Shown piece after piece: positions 28,362 through 38,538 of a stretch of DNA of 64,000 nt. The stretch is from Tidjanibacter sp. (GTDB lineage Bacteria; Bacteroidota; Bacteroidia; Bacteroidales; Rikenellaceae): positions 916-64,915 of the forward strand of contig JAGBFH010000022.1 in NCBI GenBank assembly GCA_017936605.1. The letters are read 5' to 3'. The notes under the pieces are model-generated. The model saw nothing but the letters and a program-made list of their open reading frames with translations, was not told the origin of the DNA and did no database searches. The first letter of the stretch is position 1; each line of letters opens with the position of its first letter. The position numbers and the translations under genes are program-made.

Positions 28362-30696
28362 AGCCGATGGTAAGATAGAAGTGGCGTGGGTAGATGTGTT
28401 GGTAGCGGGCATCGTGGGGCATAACGATACTAATCGTTTCATTCTCACGCATCTTCAGGCGCGAGGGTTGGTAGCCGCCACGATAGGCCGAGGTCGAAGA
28501 GAGGAGGTTGCGCACCGACAGCGAGAGGCTCCAATGGTGGCCAAAGGAGCGGTGGACAAATAGGTTCAACGACGAGGCCGTACCGAGCGAGTGTTGGGCC
28601 GAGAGGGCCGCCTGCTCCTCGGGAGTGGTCGCCAGTGAGTGTATGTGGTCGCTCGAAAGTGCCAACGAGGGCTCCACAACCCTCCCCGAGGCAAAGACCC
28701 ACTCGGCACCCATCAGCCAGCCGCGCTCGGTAAAATACTTGGCCACAAGGGCCGAGGTGAGTGCAGGCGAGGAGCTCGAAGTGAGCCCGCGAAGCCGTAG
28801 CCGAGTGGAGCCGACAATATCGGCCCCGGTGTCGTAATCGACAATCTGCGCCACCGCATCGGAGGTGTAGGCCCAGCGCCCCAAGGCCAAGTGGCCCTCG
28901 ATACTGAGTCCAGAGGCTATCTCTGCTCTCACAGAGAGTTCCGCACCCACCGAGAGGCTCTCAAGGCCGCCTGCCATAAGGGCCGCATATTGGTCCGTGG
29001 GGTCGTGCCAGAAGTGCTCCACAGCGCTACCACCCAGGCGGTGGGAGGCGTACATCTGCATCGAAACCCTCCCCCGTTCAAAGAGCATCTCGCCCCAAAG
29101 CGCCAGGCTCATAGTCTTCTCCTCCGAGGCCCAAGGGTTGCGCGTAACAGCCCCCTCGGTAGCGCCCAGAAGGTCCTCAACAAAGGGTGCCGAGCGCTCA
29201 TATCGCACCGTGGCTCCCACCCTATGGCGAGTGCCCAACGCACGCAACCAAGCCCCCTTGAGGGTGAGGGTGGTAAAGTGTTGGGCACCGAGCGAGCGGC
29301 CACTATGGGCCGAGCGATAACCTACCCTCTCTCCGCCAAACTCCACAGCGCCGTAGAGCCTATTGGCCCCCACATCGCCATAGAGCCATCCGTAGAGTTC
29401 CCACCGAGGGAGCAGTAGTCGGTAGTCATAGAGGTCGAAGCCCTCGCCCACACTCTCGGCGCCGAGCATATCGCGCGGCAGCTGGTAGTCGTGGGCACTA
29501 TGCACTCCGCCACGCACACCCACTCTGCCGCCCTGCATACCGAGCAGTGCCGCCGAGGCATCCACCTCGGCCGAAAGCAGTTCACGCCGAGAGTCCACAA
29601 GCAGATAGTGGGCTCCCGAGGTGGAGAGGCGGTTAATCTCATAGAGTCGTTCCCAGTCAATCTGGGTGTAGTCCGTATCCCCCTCCATCCACACGCTCTC
29701 GGCCAGCACTCCCACCTCGGGGTCGCTCTGGCCATCGGGCAGGTAGCCCCAATAGTCGGGCGAGGGGTTTGGGGCCTCGCTCCAGTCGAGCGACGAGCTG
29801 CTGCGGCGACCCGCACGCACGAGTGCCGAAACATTTATGTGGGAGAGAATATAGGCATCCCTGAGGTCCCAGCTCGCATAGAGCGTAGGCACCGCCTCGC
29901 GCCTCAGGCGCGATGAGCGCACGCGCCCCTGCTGGTAGCCCCAGTAGGAGTTATAATGTCTATTGCCTGCTAAATCGAAGACCTCCGCGCTATTCCAACT
30001 GCGCCCCGAGCGCATCTGGGGAGCGAGCATCAGGGCGGCTTGGAAGCTACTCGTGAGCCCCTCGCGCACCTCCCTGCGCCACTGGCCCGAGAGCCACAAG
30101 TAGGCCTCACTGCTAAAGAGCCCCTCCACTACTCTATCGCGGCCCCAACGCCCTCCAAGAGCCAGCGAGTAGGCCGCACTATCGCCCCTCTGGTGGACCA
30201 TCTTATAGCCCACGCCCGCACGATAGCCCCGCGAGGCGAGTTGCAGGCGCAACGAGGAGCCCTCCTCCAAGCCGAGCGGCGAGGTGTCGTAGAGCTCGGT
30301 GCGTTGGTCGCCACCGTGGCCACGAATGGAGATGGTGGGGTGAAAGGTGCTCTCGGAGGGCACACGCCTTAGCAGCGAGAGAAGAGCATAGTCGGGGTAG
30401 CGCTCAAGTGGGCTGGAGAGCTCCATCTGCCCAAGGCGCGTGGTAAGCGAAGGGCGGTGTTCGCCCCTGAAGGAGTAGTCGACAAAACCGAAGCCGTAGA
30501 TTGCAAACCGCTCAAAGGGGGAGTAACTATCGGCCTGCAGGGTGTAGTAGTCGCCATCGGAGGCCCACAGCTCGGCATCGAGCCACGAGGGATTCTCGCG
30601 GTAGTAGCTGTCGCTCAACGGTTGGGCCACCACTCTCCACGAGCAGAGAAGCAAAAGGAGTGTAAAAAGCGCTCCTCTATGCTTAATCTCTCTCAT
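28351..30696 (-). CDS. Outer-membrane TonB-dependent-receptor-like protein (diverged)
   Basis: Signal peptide from MREIK; NSYWGYQQGRVRSSR, PSPDYWGYLP, TQIDWERLYEIN; terminal YLTIGYEF. Confidence 0.7.
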   Translation of the reverse strand: MREIKHRGALFTLLLLLCSWRVVAQPLSDSYYRENPSWLDAELWASDGDYYTLQADSYSPFERFAIYGFGFVDYSFRGEHRPSLTTRLGQMELSSPLERYPDYALLSLLRRVPSESTFHPTISIRGHGGDQRTELYDTSPLGLEEGSSLRLQLASRGYRAGVGYKMVHQRGDSAAYSLALGGRWGRDRVVEGLFSSEAYLWLSGQWRREVREGLTSSFQAALMLAPQMRSGRSWNSAEVFDLAGNRHYNSYWGYQQGRVRSSRLRREAVPTLYASWDLRDAYILSHINVSALVRAGRRSSSSLDWSEAPNPSPDYWGYLPDGQSDPEVGVLAESVWMEGDTDYTQIDWERLYEINRLSTSGAHYLLVDSRRELLSAEVDASAALLGMQGGRVGVRGGVHSAHDYQLPRDMLGAESVGEGFDLYDYRLLLPRWELYGWLYGDVGANRLYGAVEFGGERVGYRSAHSGRSLGAQHFTTLTLKGAWLRALGTRHRVGATVRYERSAPFVEDLLGATEGAVTRNPWASEEKTMSLALWGEMLFERGRVSMQMYASHRLGGSAVEHFWHDPTDQYAALMAGGLESLSVGAELSVRAEIASGLSIEGHLALGRWAYTSDAVAQIVDYDTGADIVGSTRLRLRGLTSSSSPALTSALVAKYFTERGWLMGAEWVFASGRVVEPSLALSSDHIHSLATTPEEQAALSAQHSLGTASSLNLFVHRSFGHHWSLSLSVRNLLSSTSAYRGGYQPSRLKMRENETISIVMPHDARYQHIYPRHFYLTIGYEF

Positions 30697-30746
30697 AGCC
30701 TCGCTTTTTACACTCCCTAAAAACATTTCACACCTCGCCTTACTAT

Positions 30747-31532
30747 CTACCCTTTGAGTTCTTTGGGGAGGATGCAGGTGGGGATGGGTTCCATCTTGTG
30801 GCGGTTGGCGCGGTTGCGGCGGGTGAAAATCTCGAAGACCTCCCGCTGGCGCCCCTCGAAGTCCGAAGCCATTGCGCCCCTCTCCCACTCGGCCATAGCC
30901 CACTCCAGCTCGGGATAGGTGGCACCAATCTGGTCCTCGTCGCTCCTATCATCGCCAAAGAGTCCGTCGGTGGGCTTGGCCCCGAGGATGGAGCCACACA
31001 CGCCGAGGTGCTCACTAAGGGCAAAGACCTCCGTCTTCGTTAGGTCGGCTATGGGGCTTATATCCACGCCGCCATCGCCCCACTTGGTGTAGAAACCTAT
31101 GCCGAAGTCCTCAATCTTATTGCCCGTACCCACTACCAGCGCCCCACGAAGACCCGCATAGAAGTAGAGGGTGGTCATACGCAGGCGTGCGCGTGTGTTG
31201 GCAGTGGTGAGTTCGTAGTTTGCCCCCTGGCGAGGAAGAGTGCCAATGAGGGCCTCATAGGGCTCCGTAAGGTCGGCCGTAGCACGCTCCACATTGGGGA
31301 AGCGGGCCATAAGATTCTCTATATGCTCCGCCGCACGGCTCACCTGCGAGGCGGCCTGATGGATGGGGAGTTCCACACACAGCGTCGGGAGCCCCGTAAG
31401 GGCACAGAGGGTCGAGACGAGTGCCGAATCCACACCGCCCGAGATGCCCACAACAAAACCCTTGGAGCCACACCCCGCGGCGTAGCCCGAAAGCCAACTC
31501 ACGATATAATCTACTATCTCCTGTTTTTTCAT
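30747..31532 (-). CDS. nadE: NH3-dependent NAD+ synthetase
   Basis: VVGISGGVDSALVS, NTRARLRM, GTGNKIE, KPTDGL. Confidence 0.95.
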   Translation of the reverse strand: MKKQEIVDYIVSWLSGYAAGCGSKGFVVGISGGVDSALVSTLCALTGLPTLCVELPIHQAASQVSRAAEHIENLMARFPNVERATADLTEPYEALIGTLPRQGANYELTTANTRARLRMTTLYFYAGLRGALVVGTGNKIEDFGIGFYTKWGDGGVDISPIADLTKTEVFALSEHLGVCGSILGAKPTDGLFGDDRSDEDQIGATYPELEWAMAEWERGAMASDFEGRQREVFEIFTRRNRANRHKMEPIPTCILPKELKG

Positions 31533-31553
31533 TATTTGACTCCTTTACTTTCA

Positions 31554-33224
31554 CTAAAAACTCATCTTCACGCCGCCGCGCACACCGATACCCAAGGCGC
31601 GGTAGGTGGCCCACTCATAGATGGGTTGGCAGAGCAGGTTGTCGGCCCTCATCCAGAGGTCTATGCGCTCCGAGTAGTTCCAATCGAGCCTCAGCCCCAA
31701 GTCCACATAGGCGGGCATCCTCACAACCGTAGATGTGCCCGCAATGCCCCTCTGGGTAACCTCCAGAGCGCTTGCAAACTGCGTGCTCACCGTAAGCACG
31801 GTGCTCTTATAGCCCTCGGGGCGGAGTTGCAACTCCAGACCACCTCGCCACGAGCGGGGCTTGTAGTAGTCCGTCGTGCTATCGGCGTGGCCGAGGCCCA
31901 TATACTTTAGGTCGCCCTTGAAGCTCAACCCCTCGGCAGGTCGCCACTGGCCTTCGGCCTCCAGATACCACACTCGCTGACCATTGCTGCGGCCATAGGT
32001 GAGGATGGGCGAGCCCTCCCTGAGGGCCTCATAGAAGTAGCTCGAGAACCAGCGGGTGGCACCCGCAAGCCTATAGCTCACCTTACCGACCTCGCCCCTG
32101 AAGCCCACCTCCGCAAGCATAATCTTGCGCGAATCGACGGGCAGCATCTCCATAAAGGGGTTGTTCCACAGCCCGTTGCGGGTCACCTGGGTCTGCACAT
32201 CGTTGGCCACCTTCAGGTAGGGCACCAACTCCGAGTAGCGGTCATAGGCCGTCGAGATGCTCGCAATCACACCGTTGAGTGTGTTATTTGCACCCTTGTA
32301 GACCATATAGTCGTAGCCCGCCAGAATATCCACAGGCACCCACCTGCCAATCCTCAGCGACCACTCGGGCACAAAGGTTACCGAGGTGTCGTAGTAGGGC
32401 TCCGCGCAGCGCGACTGCACGCCCGAGTAGTGAAGCGTCACACGCCCGGGCAGCCAAGGGCTCACTTTACTGAGGCCCAAGAAGCCGAAGTTCACATTGA
32501 AGCGCCAAACATCCTCGCCCAGCGCATTGGAGGCGTAGAGGCCCATAAGGTTGGCGTCGTAGCCAAAGGGCGAATACTCCCCAAAGCGACCCCTCAAGGA
32601 GGCTTTGGCCTCCAGGTCGTTGGCCGCCATCAAGCCCCTCTCCTCGGTGACATCCACACCACCATAGTAGCTACCCAGCGAGCCGCGATACTTCACATAG
32701 CTCTCCAGCTGCATAAGTGGGTTAATATCGTAGAGGAACCTCACGCCCGCCTGATTGCGAGCCAGCCTCACCCTGCGACGCTCGCCATCCAGAGCGCGAG
32801 CCTTGCCCAGCTCGCCCTCGTGGTTGGCCCACAGAGTCAGCTGCATATCGTCATTGTGTATGGGGCTCCAGTAGGTATCCATTTCGCTCTGCAAGGGCAG
32901 ACCGCCACCCACCTTCAGGTAGAAACTCGAGGGGCGCGACCAGCGGGCCGCACTCATCTCCACGGGTGTGAGCGACTGCACCGTAAACTCGGTCCTATGG
33001 GCAACGGGGAAGATGCGGTAGTCGAGCGTGGGGCGCTGGATGGTCGTATCGAGCTGCTCCACTTCGCGCTCTATGCGCTCGCGGTTATCGGCACCCACAT
33101 AGACACTCTTCTGGATGACTATCGTCTTGGCAATCTTCTCGTCCTCCGTCTCCTGTGCTGTGGCCACCGTCGTAAGGCCACACAGCAAAGCAAGGGTTGC
33201 AATTATATGTCGGTTTCTCTTCAT
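31554..33224 (-). CDS. Outer-membrane beta-barrel/TonB-receptor-like protein co-located with the TPR protein
   Basis: Signal peptide, beta-strand pattern, terminal GVKMSF; Bacteroidetes TPR plus OMP gene pair. Confidence 0.7.
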   Translation of the reverse strand: MKRNRHIIATLALLCGLTTVATAQETEDEKIAKTIVIQKSVYVGADNRERIEREVEQLDTTIQRPTLDYRIFPVAHRTEFTVQSLTPVEMSAARWSRPSSFYLKVGGGLPLQSEMDTYWSPIHNDDMQLTLWANHEGELGKARALDGERRRVRLARNQAGVRFLYDINPLMQLESYVKYRGSLGSYYGGVDVTEERGLMAANDLEAKASLRGRFGEYSPFGYDANLMGLYASNALGEDVWRFNVNFGFLGLSKVSPWLPGRVTLHYSGVQSRCAEPYYDTSVTFVPEWSLRIGRWVPVDILAGYDYMVYKGANNTLNGVIASISTAYDRYSELVPYLKVANDVQTQVTRNGLWNNPFMEMLPVDSRKIMLAEVGFRGEVGKVSYRLAGATRWFSSYFYEALREGSPILTYGRSNGQRVWYLEAEGQWRPAEGLSFKGDLKYMGLGHADSTTDYYKPRSWRGGLELQLRPEGYKSTVLTVSTQFASALEVTQRGIAGTSTVVRMPAYVDLGLRLDWNYSERIDLWMRADNLLCQPIYEWATYRALGIGVRGGVKMSF

Positions 33225-33241
33225 AGTTCCTATCTGTCTGA

Positions 33242-36200
33242 CTAATTGGTAGTTTCGGGATTATTGAGGCTCTCAACGCGGGCCTTGGCTTCGGCAATGA
33301 TGCCATCCTTTTGGTTGGCGTAGCCGTCGACCACACTCTGGTAGGTGGCGCGTGCCTGGAACAGGTTGCCCTTGATGACAAACATATCGCCCAGCAGCAA
33401 GAACGACTTGGCAAGCCAATACTGGTGGGGGGTGCTCTTGGAGGCAAACTCATAGACGAGCTCCTCGGCCCTCGAGTAGTTGCCGCTCTCGTAGGCTATC
33501 TCCACAACCCTATAGGCACTCTCGGCGCCCTCGATGTTGGCCACATTGCGCCTGAGGAGGTTGTATATCTCTACGGCCTCATTCCTATTTCCACGCTGCT
33601 CCTCCACCTTGGCCCTCTCGAACCTTGCGCGGCGCACCAGTGCGGCAGGGGCATCGCCCTGGGCCTCAACATATTGTGCGGCATCCACAATGAGGCCGCC
33701 ATCGCCACTATTCATCGCACTCGCAAAGTAGTCTGCCATCACCTCGCGCCTCTCGGAGGGGCTATTGCTCTCCTCCAACAGCCAGTGGTAGGCGGTGGTC
33801 ATCGTGGCCCAATCTCCATTGTCGGCCGCCACGCGCGCCATCTTCTCATAGCCACGACGGGTGTACTTGTTGTGGCCCATCTGGGAGAGCATCTTCAGCT
33901 GCTCCTGTGCGCCACCCTTGTCGCCAAGTTCGGCACGGCAGTCGGCCGAGTAGTAGAGAGCCGCATCGGAGTAGATGCCCGAGGGGTAGTCCTTCAGGTA
34001 CTTATCAAACGAGGCTGCGGCGGTCTTCTTGTCGCCCAAGATGTAGACCCTCTGTGCGGCCACAAAGCTGAGTGAGTCGCGCTGAACGGCTCCCAGGTCG
34101 CTATTCATACCCACCTGGTCGGCATAGGCGAAGAAGCCCTCAATATTGTTGCGCTCGAGGTAGATGGTGCGAATCTCGCCAAGGGCGTTGTGGGCAGCCA
34201 TAGAGCCGTGGCCCTCGGCCACAATGTTCTTATAGATAGCCAGTGCCGAGTCCGTATCGCCCGTATTGCGGTAGGCCAGTGCAAGGTTGCCCTGAGCGAT
34301 GGCTCTCTCACGCGAACGGGGGTATCTCTTGAGGTAGCTGCCAATGACCTCCTGTGCCGCCCCAAACTGGCCGTCGCTGATGAGCGTTGCACCCCACTCA
34401 TAGTGTGCATCCTCCACATAGGGACCCTCATCGAGGGTGACAATCTCCTCGAGGGCCGCAAGGCGTGAGGGCACATCCTTGCTGAGGCCATACATCTGGG
34501 CTATGCGATAGGCGGCATAGTAGCGGCTATGGAACTCCTCGCCGGTAATCTTCTTGTAGTCCTCAATGGCCCTCTTATACTTGCCCGCCGCGGCCATAGC
34601 GTCACCCATACAGCTATAGGAATCCTCGTAGAACTCATCCTTGGCGGAGCGCAGGTCGAGGAACGAGAGGAAGTCCTTGTGGGCACCGTTATAGTCGCCA
34701 CGCGCATACTTAGCATAGGCCATATTATAGTAGGCATAGGGGTAATCCTCGTGGTGAGTCATCTTCATCGAGAGGTACTCCTTATACATCGCTGCGGCCA
34801 TCTTATACTCCCCCGAGCGGTAGTCCAGGTGGCCCAGCAGGAAGAGTGTGCGGGCGGCAATATCACGATTCTTGTGAGAGAGGTCCAGAGCGATTTCGGC
34901 ATACTCCTTGGCCTCCTCGTAGCGCTCCAGTTCGTAACACTCGACGGCGTAGTAGTAGGCCACACTCTGCATAGCCTTGCCTATATTACCCTTGGTTGTG
35001 CCAAAAGCCTCGAGGGTTTCGTAGGCCAGTTTCAGGTCGTTGGCGGCATAGCACACCGACACGAGGTAACCCTCAATCTCTTGGCGGTTCTCCGAGGCGG
35101 GATAGCGCTCAATGAAGCTGCGCAGGGTGAGAATCTCCTCGTCGAAGTTGGCACCCCCAAGCTCCACAAGCAGCTTGCAGTAGTTATACAGAGCGTCCTC
35201 GCTCAAGGGGTCGTTGCCCTCGGGCAGGTAGGACATCGAAAAGCTCTTCATTGCCCCCAGTTTGTCGCCCTCCCTAAGCAGGCAGTCGGCCAGGTGGTAG
35301 GCGGCATTGCGGGTCATCGAGTCCTCGGCACCACAGGCGGCCTGAAGGTAGCCCGCAGCCTTGCTCGTCTGGCCCAAGCGGTAGAGCGAGTAGCCCGCTA
35401 TGTAGTTCTCCTCGCGCGAGATGGCGTCGCCTATCTCGCTCTCCAGAGCGGCAATATGCTTGTAGGCCTCCTCCCAGTTCTCCACACGGAACTGACACTC
35501 GGCACCCATCCTGTGGAGCTCCTGATGGCGGCTGCCCCCCACACCGGTGAGCACCTGGTCCACATTGGCCACCACATAGTCGTAGTTCTTCATACGATAC
35601 TCCACGTGGAGCAGATAGTAGGCGATGACACCCGAGTAGAGCTCATCGTCGGCAAACGACAAGAAGATATGGCGTGCCGTGGGGTAGTCCTCCTCCTGGT
35701 AGGCGAAATAGCCCAACATATAGCGTGCGTGGGAGCCGTAGGTTTCGGAGTGGACAACCTTCGAGAGCCACTTGCGGCTCTCGGCCACACGCGAGAGGTT
35801 GTAGTGGGCGTGGCCACACTCAAAGGCCATACGCTCCAACTGCGAGGCCGACAAGAGCTCCGTATCGACCCTCTCGAAGCACTCCACAGCATCCTCCCAC
35901 ATCTCCTTCTCGTAGTATTCGGTACCCAGAGCCATCAGCGCCTCGTTCCTGTAGGGCGAGGTTGGGCGGTGGGCCAGAAAGCCCTCCAGTGCCTCGGTGC
36001 CGTCGCCCAGGCGGGCATCGCAGATGGCCGAGAGGAACTCCACCTCACCCAGCGTGACCTCATCTACGCTGCTGAGCCTGACGGCTGCGGCTGCGGCCCT
36101 CTGGAGCTCCATCTTCGCCTCCCTATAGAGGCCCAAATTGTAGAGCTCCTCGGAGCGGCCGAGGTACTCCTCGACGGAGCGTTCCTGTGCGGATGCACCC

Positions 36201-36259
36201 AGGAGGGTCACACCCATCACAAAGGCCAATATCGTGGTTCTCAAAAAGTCTCTTCGCAT
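33242..36259 (-). CDS. Large tetratricopeptide-repeat protein
   Basis: 1005 aa with many TPR-like helical repeats; C-terminal YWLAKSFLLLGD..QARATYQSV. Confidence 0.88.
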   Translation of the reverse strand: MRRDFLRTTILAFVMGVTLLGASAQERSVEEYLGRSEELYNLGLYREAKMELQRAAAAAVRLSSVDEVTLGEVEFLSAICDARLGDGTEALEGFLAHRPTSPYRNEALMALGTEYYEKEMWEDAVECFERVDTELLSASQLERMAFECGHAHYNLSRVAESRKWLSKVVHSETYGSHARYMLGYFAYQEEDYPTARHIFLSFADDELYSGVIAYYLLHVEYRMKNYDYVVANVDQVLTGVGGSRHQELHRMGAECQFRVENWEEAYKHIAALESEIGDAISREENYIAGYSLYRLGQTSKAAGYLQAACGAEDSMTRNAAYHLADCLLREGDKLGAMKSFSMSYLPEGNDPLSEDALYNYCKLLVELGGANFDEEILTLRSFIERYPASENRQEIEGYLVSVCYAANDLKLAYETLEAFGTTKGNIGKAMQSVAYYYAVECYELERYEEAKEYAEIALDLSHKNRDIAARTLFLLGHLDYRSGEYKMAAAMYKEYLSMKMTHHEDYPYAYYNMAYAKYARGDYNGAHKDFLSFLDLRSAKDEFYEDSYSCMGDAMAAAGKYKRAIEDYKKITGEEFHSRYYAAYRIAQMYGLSKDVPSRLAALEEIVTLDEGPYVEDAHYEWGATLISDGQFGAAQEVIGSYLKRYPRSRERAIAQGNLALAYRNTGDTDSALAIYKNIVAEGHGSMAAHNALGEIRTIYLERNNIEGFFAYADQVGMNSDLGAVQRDSLSFVAAQRVYILGDKKTAAASFDKYLKDYPSGIYSDAALYYSADCRAELGDKGGAQEQLKMLSQMGHNKYTRRGYEKMARVAADNGDWATMTTAYHWLLEESNSPSERREVMADYFASAMNSGDGGLIVDAAQYVEAQGDAPAALVRRARFERAKVEEQRGNRNEAVEIYNLLRRNVANIEGAESAYRVVEIAYESGNYSRAEELVYEFASKSTPHQYWLAKSFLLLGDMFVIKGNLFQARATYQSVVDGYANQKDGIIAEAKARVESLNNPETTN

Positions 36260-36295
36260 AAGTCCTATATTAGTTTTTTGTTTGTTATCTCTTCT

Positions 36296-37390
36296 CTACT
36301 CCTCCACCCCGAGTGCCCACAGCGAGGCTTTGTGGATGATGGTGCCCTTGCTCACACTGACCATACCCGCGGGGGCACGCAGCAGTGCCCTCAGGACCAC
36401 GGGGTCCATATTGCAGAACTCCAGTTCGGGGAACATCGTCTGGGCCTCAATCAGCGGCGAGGAGGTCACAACCACAACCCTATTGCCCCTCGAGAGGCAA
36501 TCCTTGGCAATCATCCTCATCTTCCTCTGCTCCTCGAGGCTCAGCCTATCCAGGCGCTCGGCACACAGCAGGCGGCACATAGGGACCAACATAAGTTGGG
36601 GTGTGAGGTTATAGCCGCCCGAGTGGAGCACAAACTCGCTTGCCCTCACCTTGGCCTGAGTCTTGGTTGTCTTAAGCTCCACGAACTCCCACTCCTGCTC
36701 GTTCCACCAAGTAGAATCGTCGGATGCAAACTCCGTCATCTGGCCCGTCTGAAGGTTGCGGCAGACCACAACACTCTGGTCGGCCGCTCCCACAAGGTCC
36801 TCCTCGATAGCCTCGGGCAAGTTCACGCCCACGCCAAAGGGGAACTTCTCCACAACGGGGAGTTTTATGAGCGAATAGATGGCGAAGGCCAGCGTCAGAG
36901 CCGTAAGCACCAGTGTAGCCACCGTGCTCCACGCCCTACCTGACGACTCTTTGCGGCGCCATAGAATGGGGAGTGTGAGGAGTGTGAGCACCACATTCTT
37001 GCCGAAGGTCTGCCAGTTGCTCAGGATGACCACATCGCCAAAGCAGCCACACTCGGCCACAGGGTCTGCCACCGCCACCCAGAGGGTCAGCAGCAGGTAG
37101 AACCCATTGAACACCACAGCCGCCCAAGCCATCAGGCGGGGCCACGCCCTGAGCAGAAGAGCCACACCAAGGAGCATCTCCAGTGCGATGAGGCCCACGG
37201 CGAGCACCACGCCCGCGCCCGAGAGCCACTCCAGCCCCATAGCCACAAAGTACTCGTCCATCTTGAGGACCGTCCCGTAGGGGTCAATAGCCTTCACAGC
37301 CGACGAGAAGATGAATACCACGCCTATCACCACGCGGGCCACCCACTCTGTCCAACCGTGAGCCAAAATATATTTCGTAATCTTCGACAT
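36296..37390 (-). CDS. DoxX/MauE-domain membrane protein (BT_3928-like)
   Basis: VFIFSSAVKAIDP.G...KMDEYF, ECGCFGDVVILSNWQTFGKNV. Confidence 0.82.
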   Translation of the reverse strand: MSKITKYILAHGWTEWVARVVIGVVFIFSSAVKAIDPYGTVLKMDEYFVAMGLEWLSGAGVVLAVGLIALEMLLGVALLLRAWPRLMAWAAVVFNGFYLLLTLWVAVADPVAECGCFGDVVILSNWQTFGKNVVLTLLTLPILWRRKESSGRAWSTVATLVLTALTLAFAIYSLIKLPVVEKFPFGVGVNLPEAIEEDLVGAADQSVVVCRNLQTGQMTEFASDDSTWWNEQEWEFVELKTTKTQAKVRASEFVLHSGGYNLTPQLMLVPMCRLLCAERLDRLSLEEQRKMRMIAKDCLSRGNRVVVVTSSPLIEAQTMFPELEFCNMDPVVLRALLRAPAGMVSVSKGTIIHKASLWALGVEE

Positions 37391-37399
37391 AATCTTCGT

Positions 37400-37432
37400 A
37401 TAATTGACAATTGACAATTGACAATTGACAAT
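37400..37432. repeat. (AATTGAC)n heptamer array
   Basis: About four tandem AATTGAC; also at 38274-38297, 43424-43475, 45405-45437 and 61885-61918. Confidence 0.8.
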
Positions 37433-37477
37433 GATTCTCTAACTACTACTAAAATCACCACACATTTTTCATTTTTA

Positions 37478-37573
37478 GGCGGGGATTTCAAGGCTTGCGC
37501 AGTGTGAGAAACCGCAGTTTACTATAAGTAAATGAGGATTTCGAGCACAAGCATAACGCCGAAATCACCCCTA
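37478..37573 (+). repeat. Hairpin element A, copy 3
   Basis: GAAA-CCGCAG-TTTAC-TATAA-GTAAA-TGAGGA-TTTC; 14 nt from the tmk stop. Confidence 0.8.
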
Positions 37574-37586
37574 AAAATGGAAAATA

Positions 37587-38264
37587 CTACAAGAGGGGTT
37601 TCACATACTCTGCCACCCTCGCAAATATCTCCTCGGGCGAGGCCATAGCACCCTCCGAGGTGGAGCAATCCACCACCAGGAGCTCCTTATCCTCGCGTGC
37701 GGCCTCAAGGTAGACCTCCCTCACGCGGCGTTGCAGGTCGAGCGACTTCTCGTGGATATCCTGCCCGCCCGAGAGGTAACTCCTATCCTCGCCCTCGCGC
37801 TGCGCTGTAAGTTTGGCCTCCGTAAAGCCAAAGGGCACATCCAGGAAGAGCGACAGCGTGGGCTGGGGGATGGCAAACTTCTTATACTCCGTATCCAATA
37901 TCCACTCCCTCAGAGCCTTGCGCTCCTCGGCGGAGTCCACCTTGGCGCACTGGTAGCCTATGTTGGAGTAGACATACCTATCGACAATCACGCACTTGCC
38001 CTCGGCCAGCCACCCGCGAATCTGCGCGGCCGCGTCGGCCCTATCGCCCGCATACAGCAAGGCCACAAGGTAGGGGTTCACCTGCTCCACGGAGCCGAAC
38101 TCGCCCCTGAGGAAGCGGGCAATCATCTCGCCATAGACGGGCGCATCGAACCTCGGGAAGTGGAGATACTCACACTCGCGGCCCGTGGCCTCGACCATCT
38201 GGCGCAAAAGTTTAATCTGTGTGGATTTACCGGCTCCATCCAAGCCCTCAAGCACTATAAACAT
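37587..38264 (-). CDS. tmk: Thymidylate kinase
   Basis: FIVLEGLDGAGKSTQ, HFPR, LLYAGDR, VDRYVYSN. Confidence 0.95.
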   Translation of the reverse strand: MFIVLEGLDGAGKSTQIKLLRQMVEATGRECEYLHFPRFDAPVYGEMIARFLRGEFGSVEQVNPYLVALLYAGDRADAAAQIRGWLAEGKCVIVDRYVYSNIGYQCAKVDSAEERKALREWILDTEYKKFAIPQPTLSLFLDVPFGFTEAKLTAQREGEDRSYLSGGQDIHEKSLDLQRRVREVYLEAAREDKELLVVDCSTSEGAMASPEEIFARVAEYVKPLL

Positions 38265-38350
38265 ACCTTAAAATTTGACAATTGACAATTGACAATTGAA
38301 AGTTATTTCTTCCTCTTTTTTTATTTATTTTTCCTTTTTTCTTTTTCTTT

Positions 38351-38407
38351 CGCAGCTTTTTGTAAAAAGCTGCACCAAAAACTTTTAGGAGATACTCCGT
38401 ATCTCTC
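38351..38407 (+). repeat. Double-hairpin element B, copy 1
   Basis: GCAGCTTTTT-GT-AAAAAGCTGC, spacer, GAGATAC-TCC-GTATCTC. Confidence 0.85.
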
Positions 38408-38449
38408 TATTGGCACTACCCTACTTTAGAACCACCATCACTCGCTGTC

Positions 38450-38526
38450 GCCGTTGCGACCCGCAGTTTACTTTGGGGTAAATGAGGGACTCGCTATCGG
38501 GAATTTGGTGCGAAAAGCACCCACGA
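38450..38526 (+). repeat. Hairpin element A, copy 4 (partial)
   Basis: CCGCAGTTTAC-TTTGGG-GTAAATGAGG...GGTGCGAAAAGCACCCAC. Confidence 0.75.
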
Positions 38527-38538
38527 GATTGATTCAAT

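Noticed and set aside
34529-36943. Long opposite-strand ORFs (also 47096..49495, 54953..56590, 58755..60263, 19750..21345, 5185..6531, 9815..10771, 24390..25646 and others)
   Set aside because: Shadow frames antisense to well-supported genes, expected with high GC and strong codon bias; no recognisable motifs.
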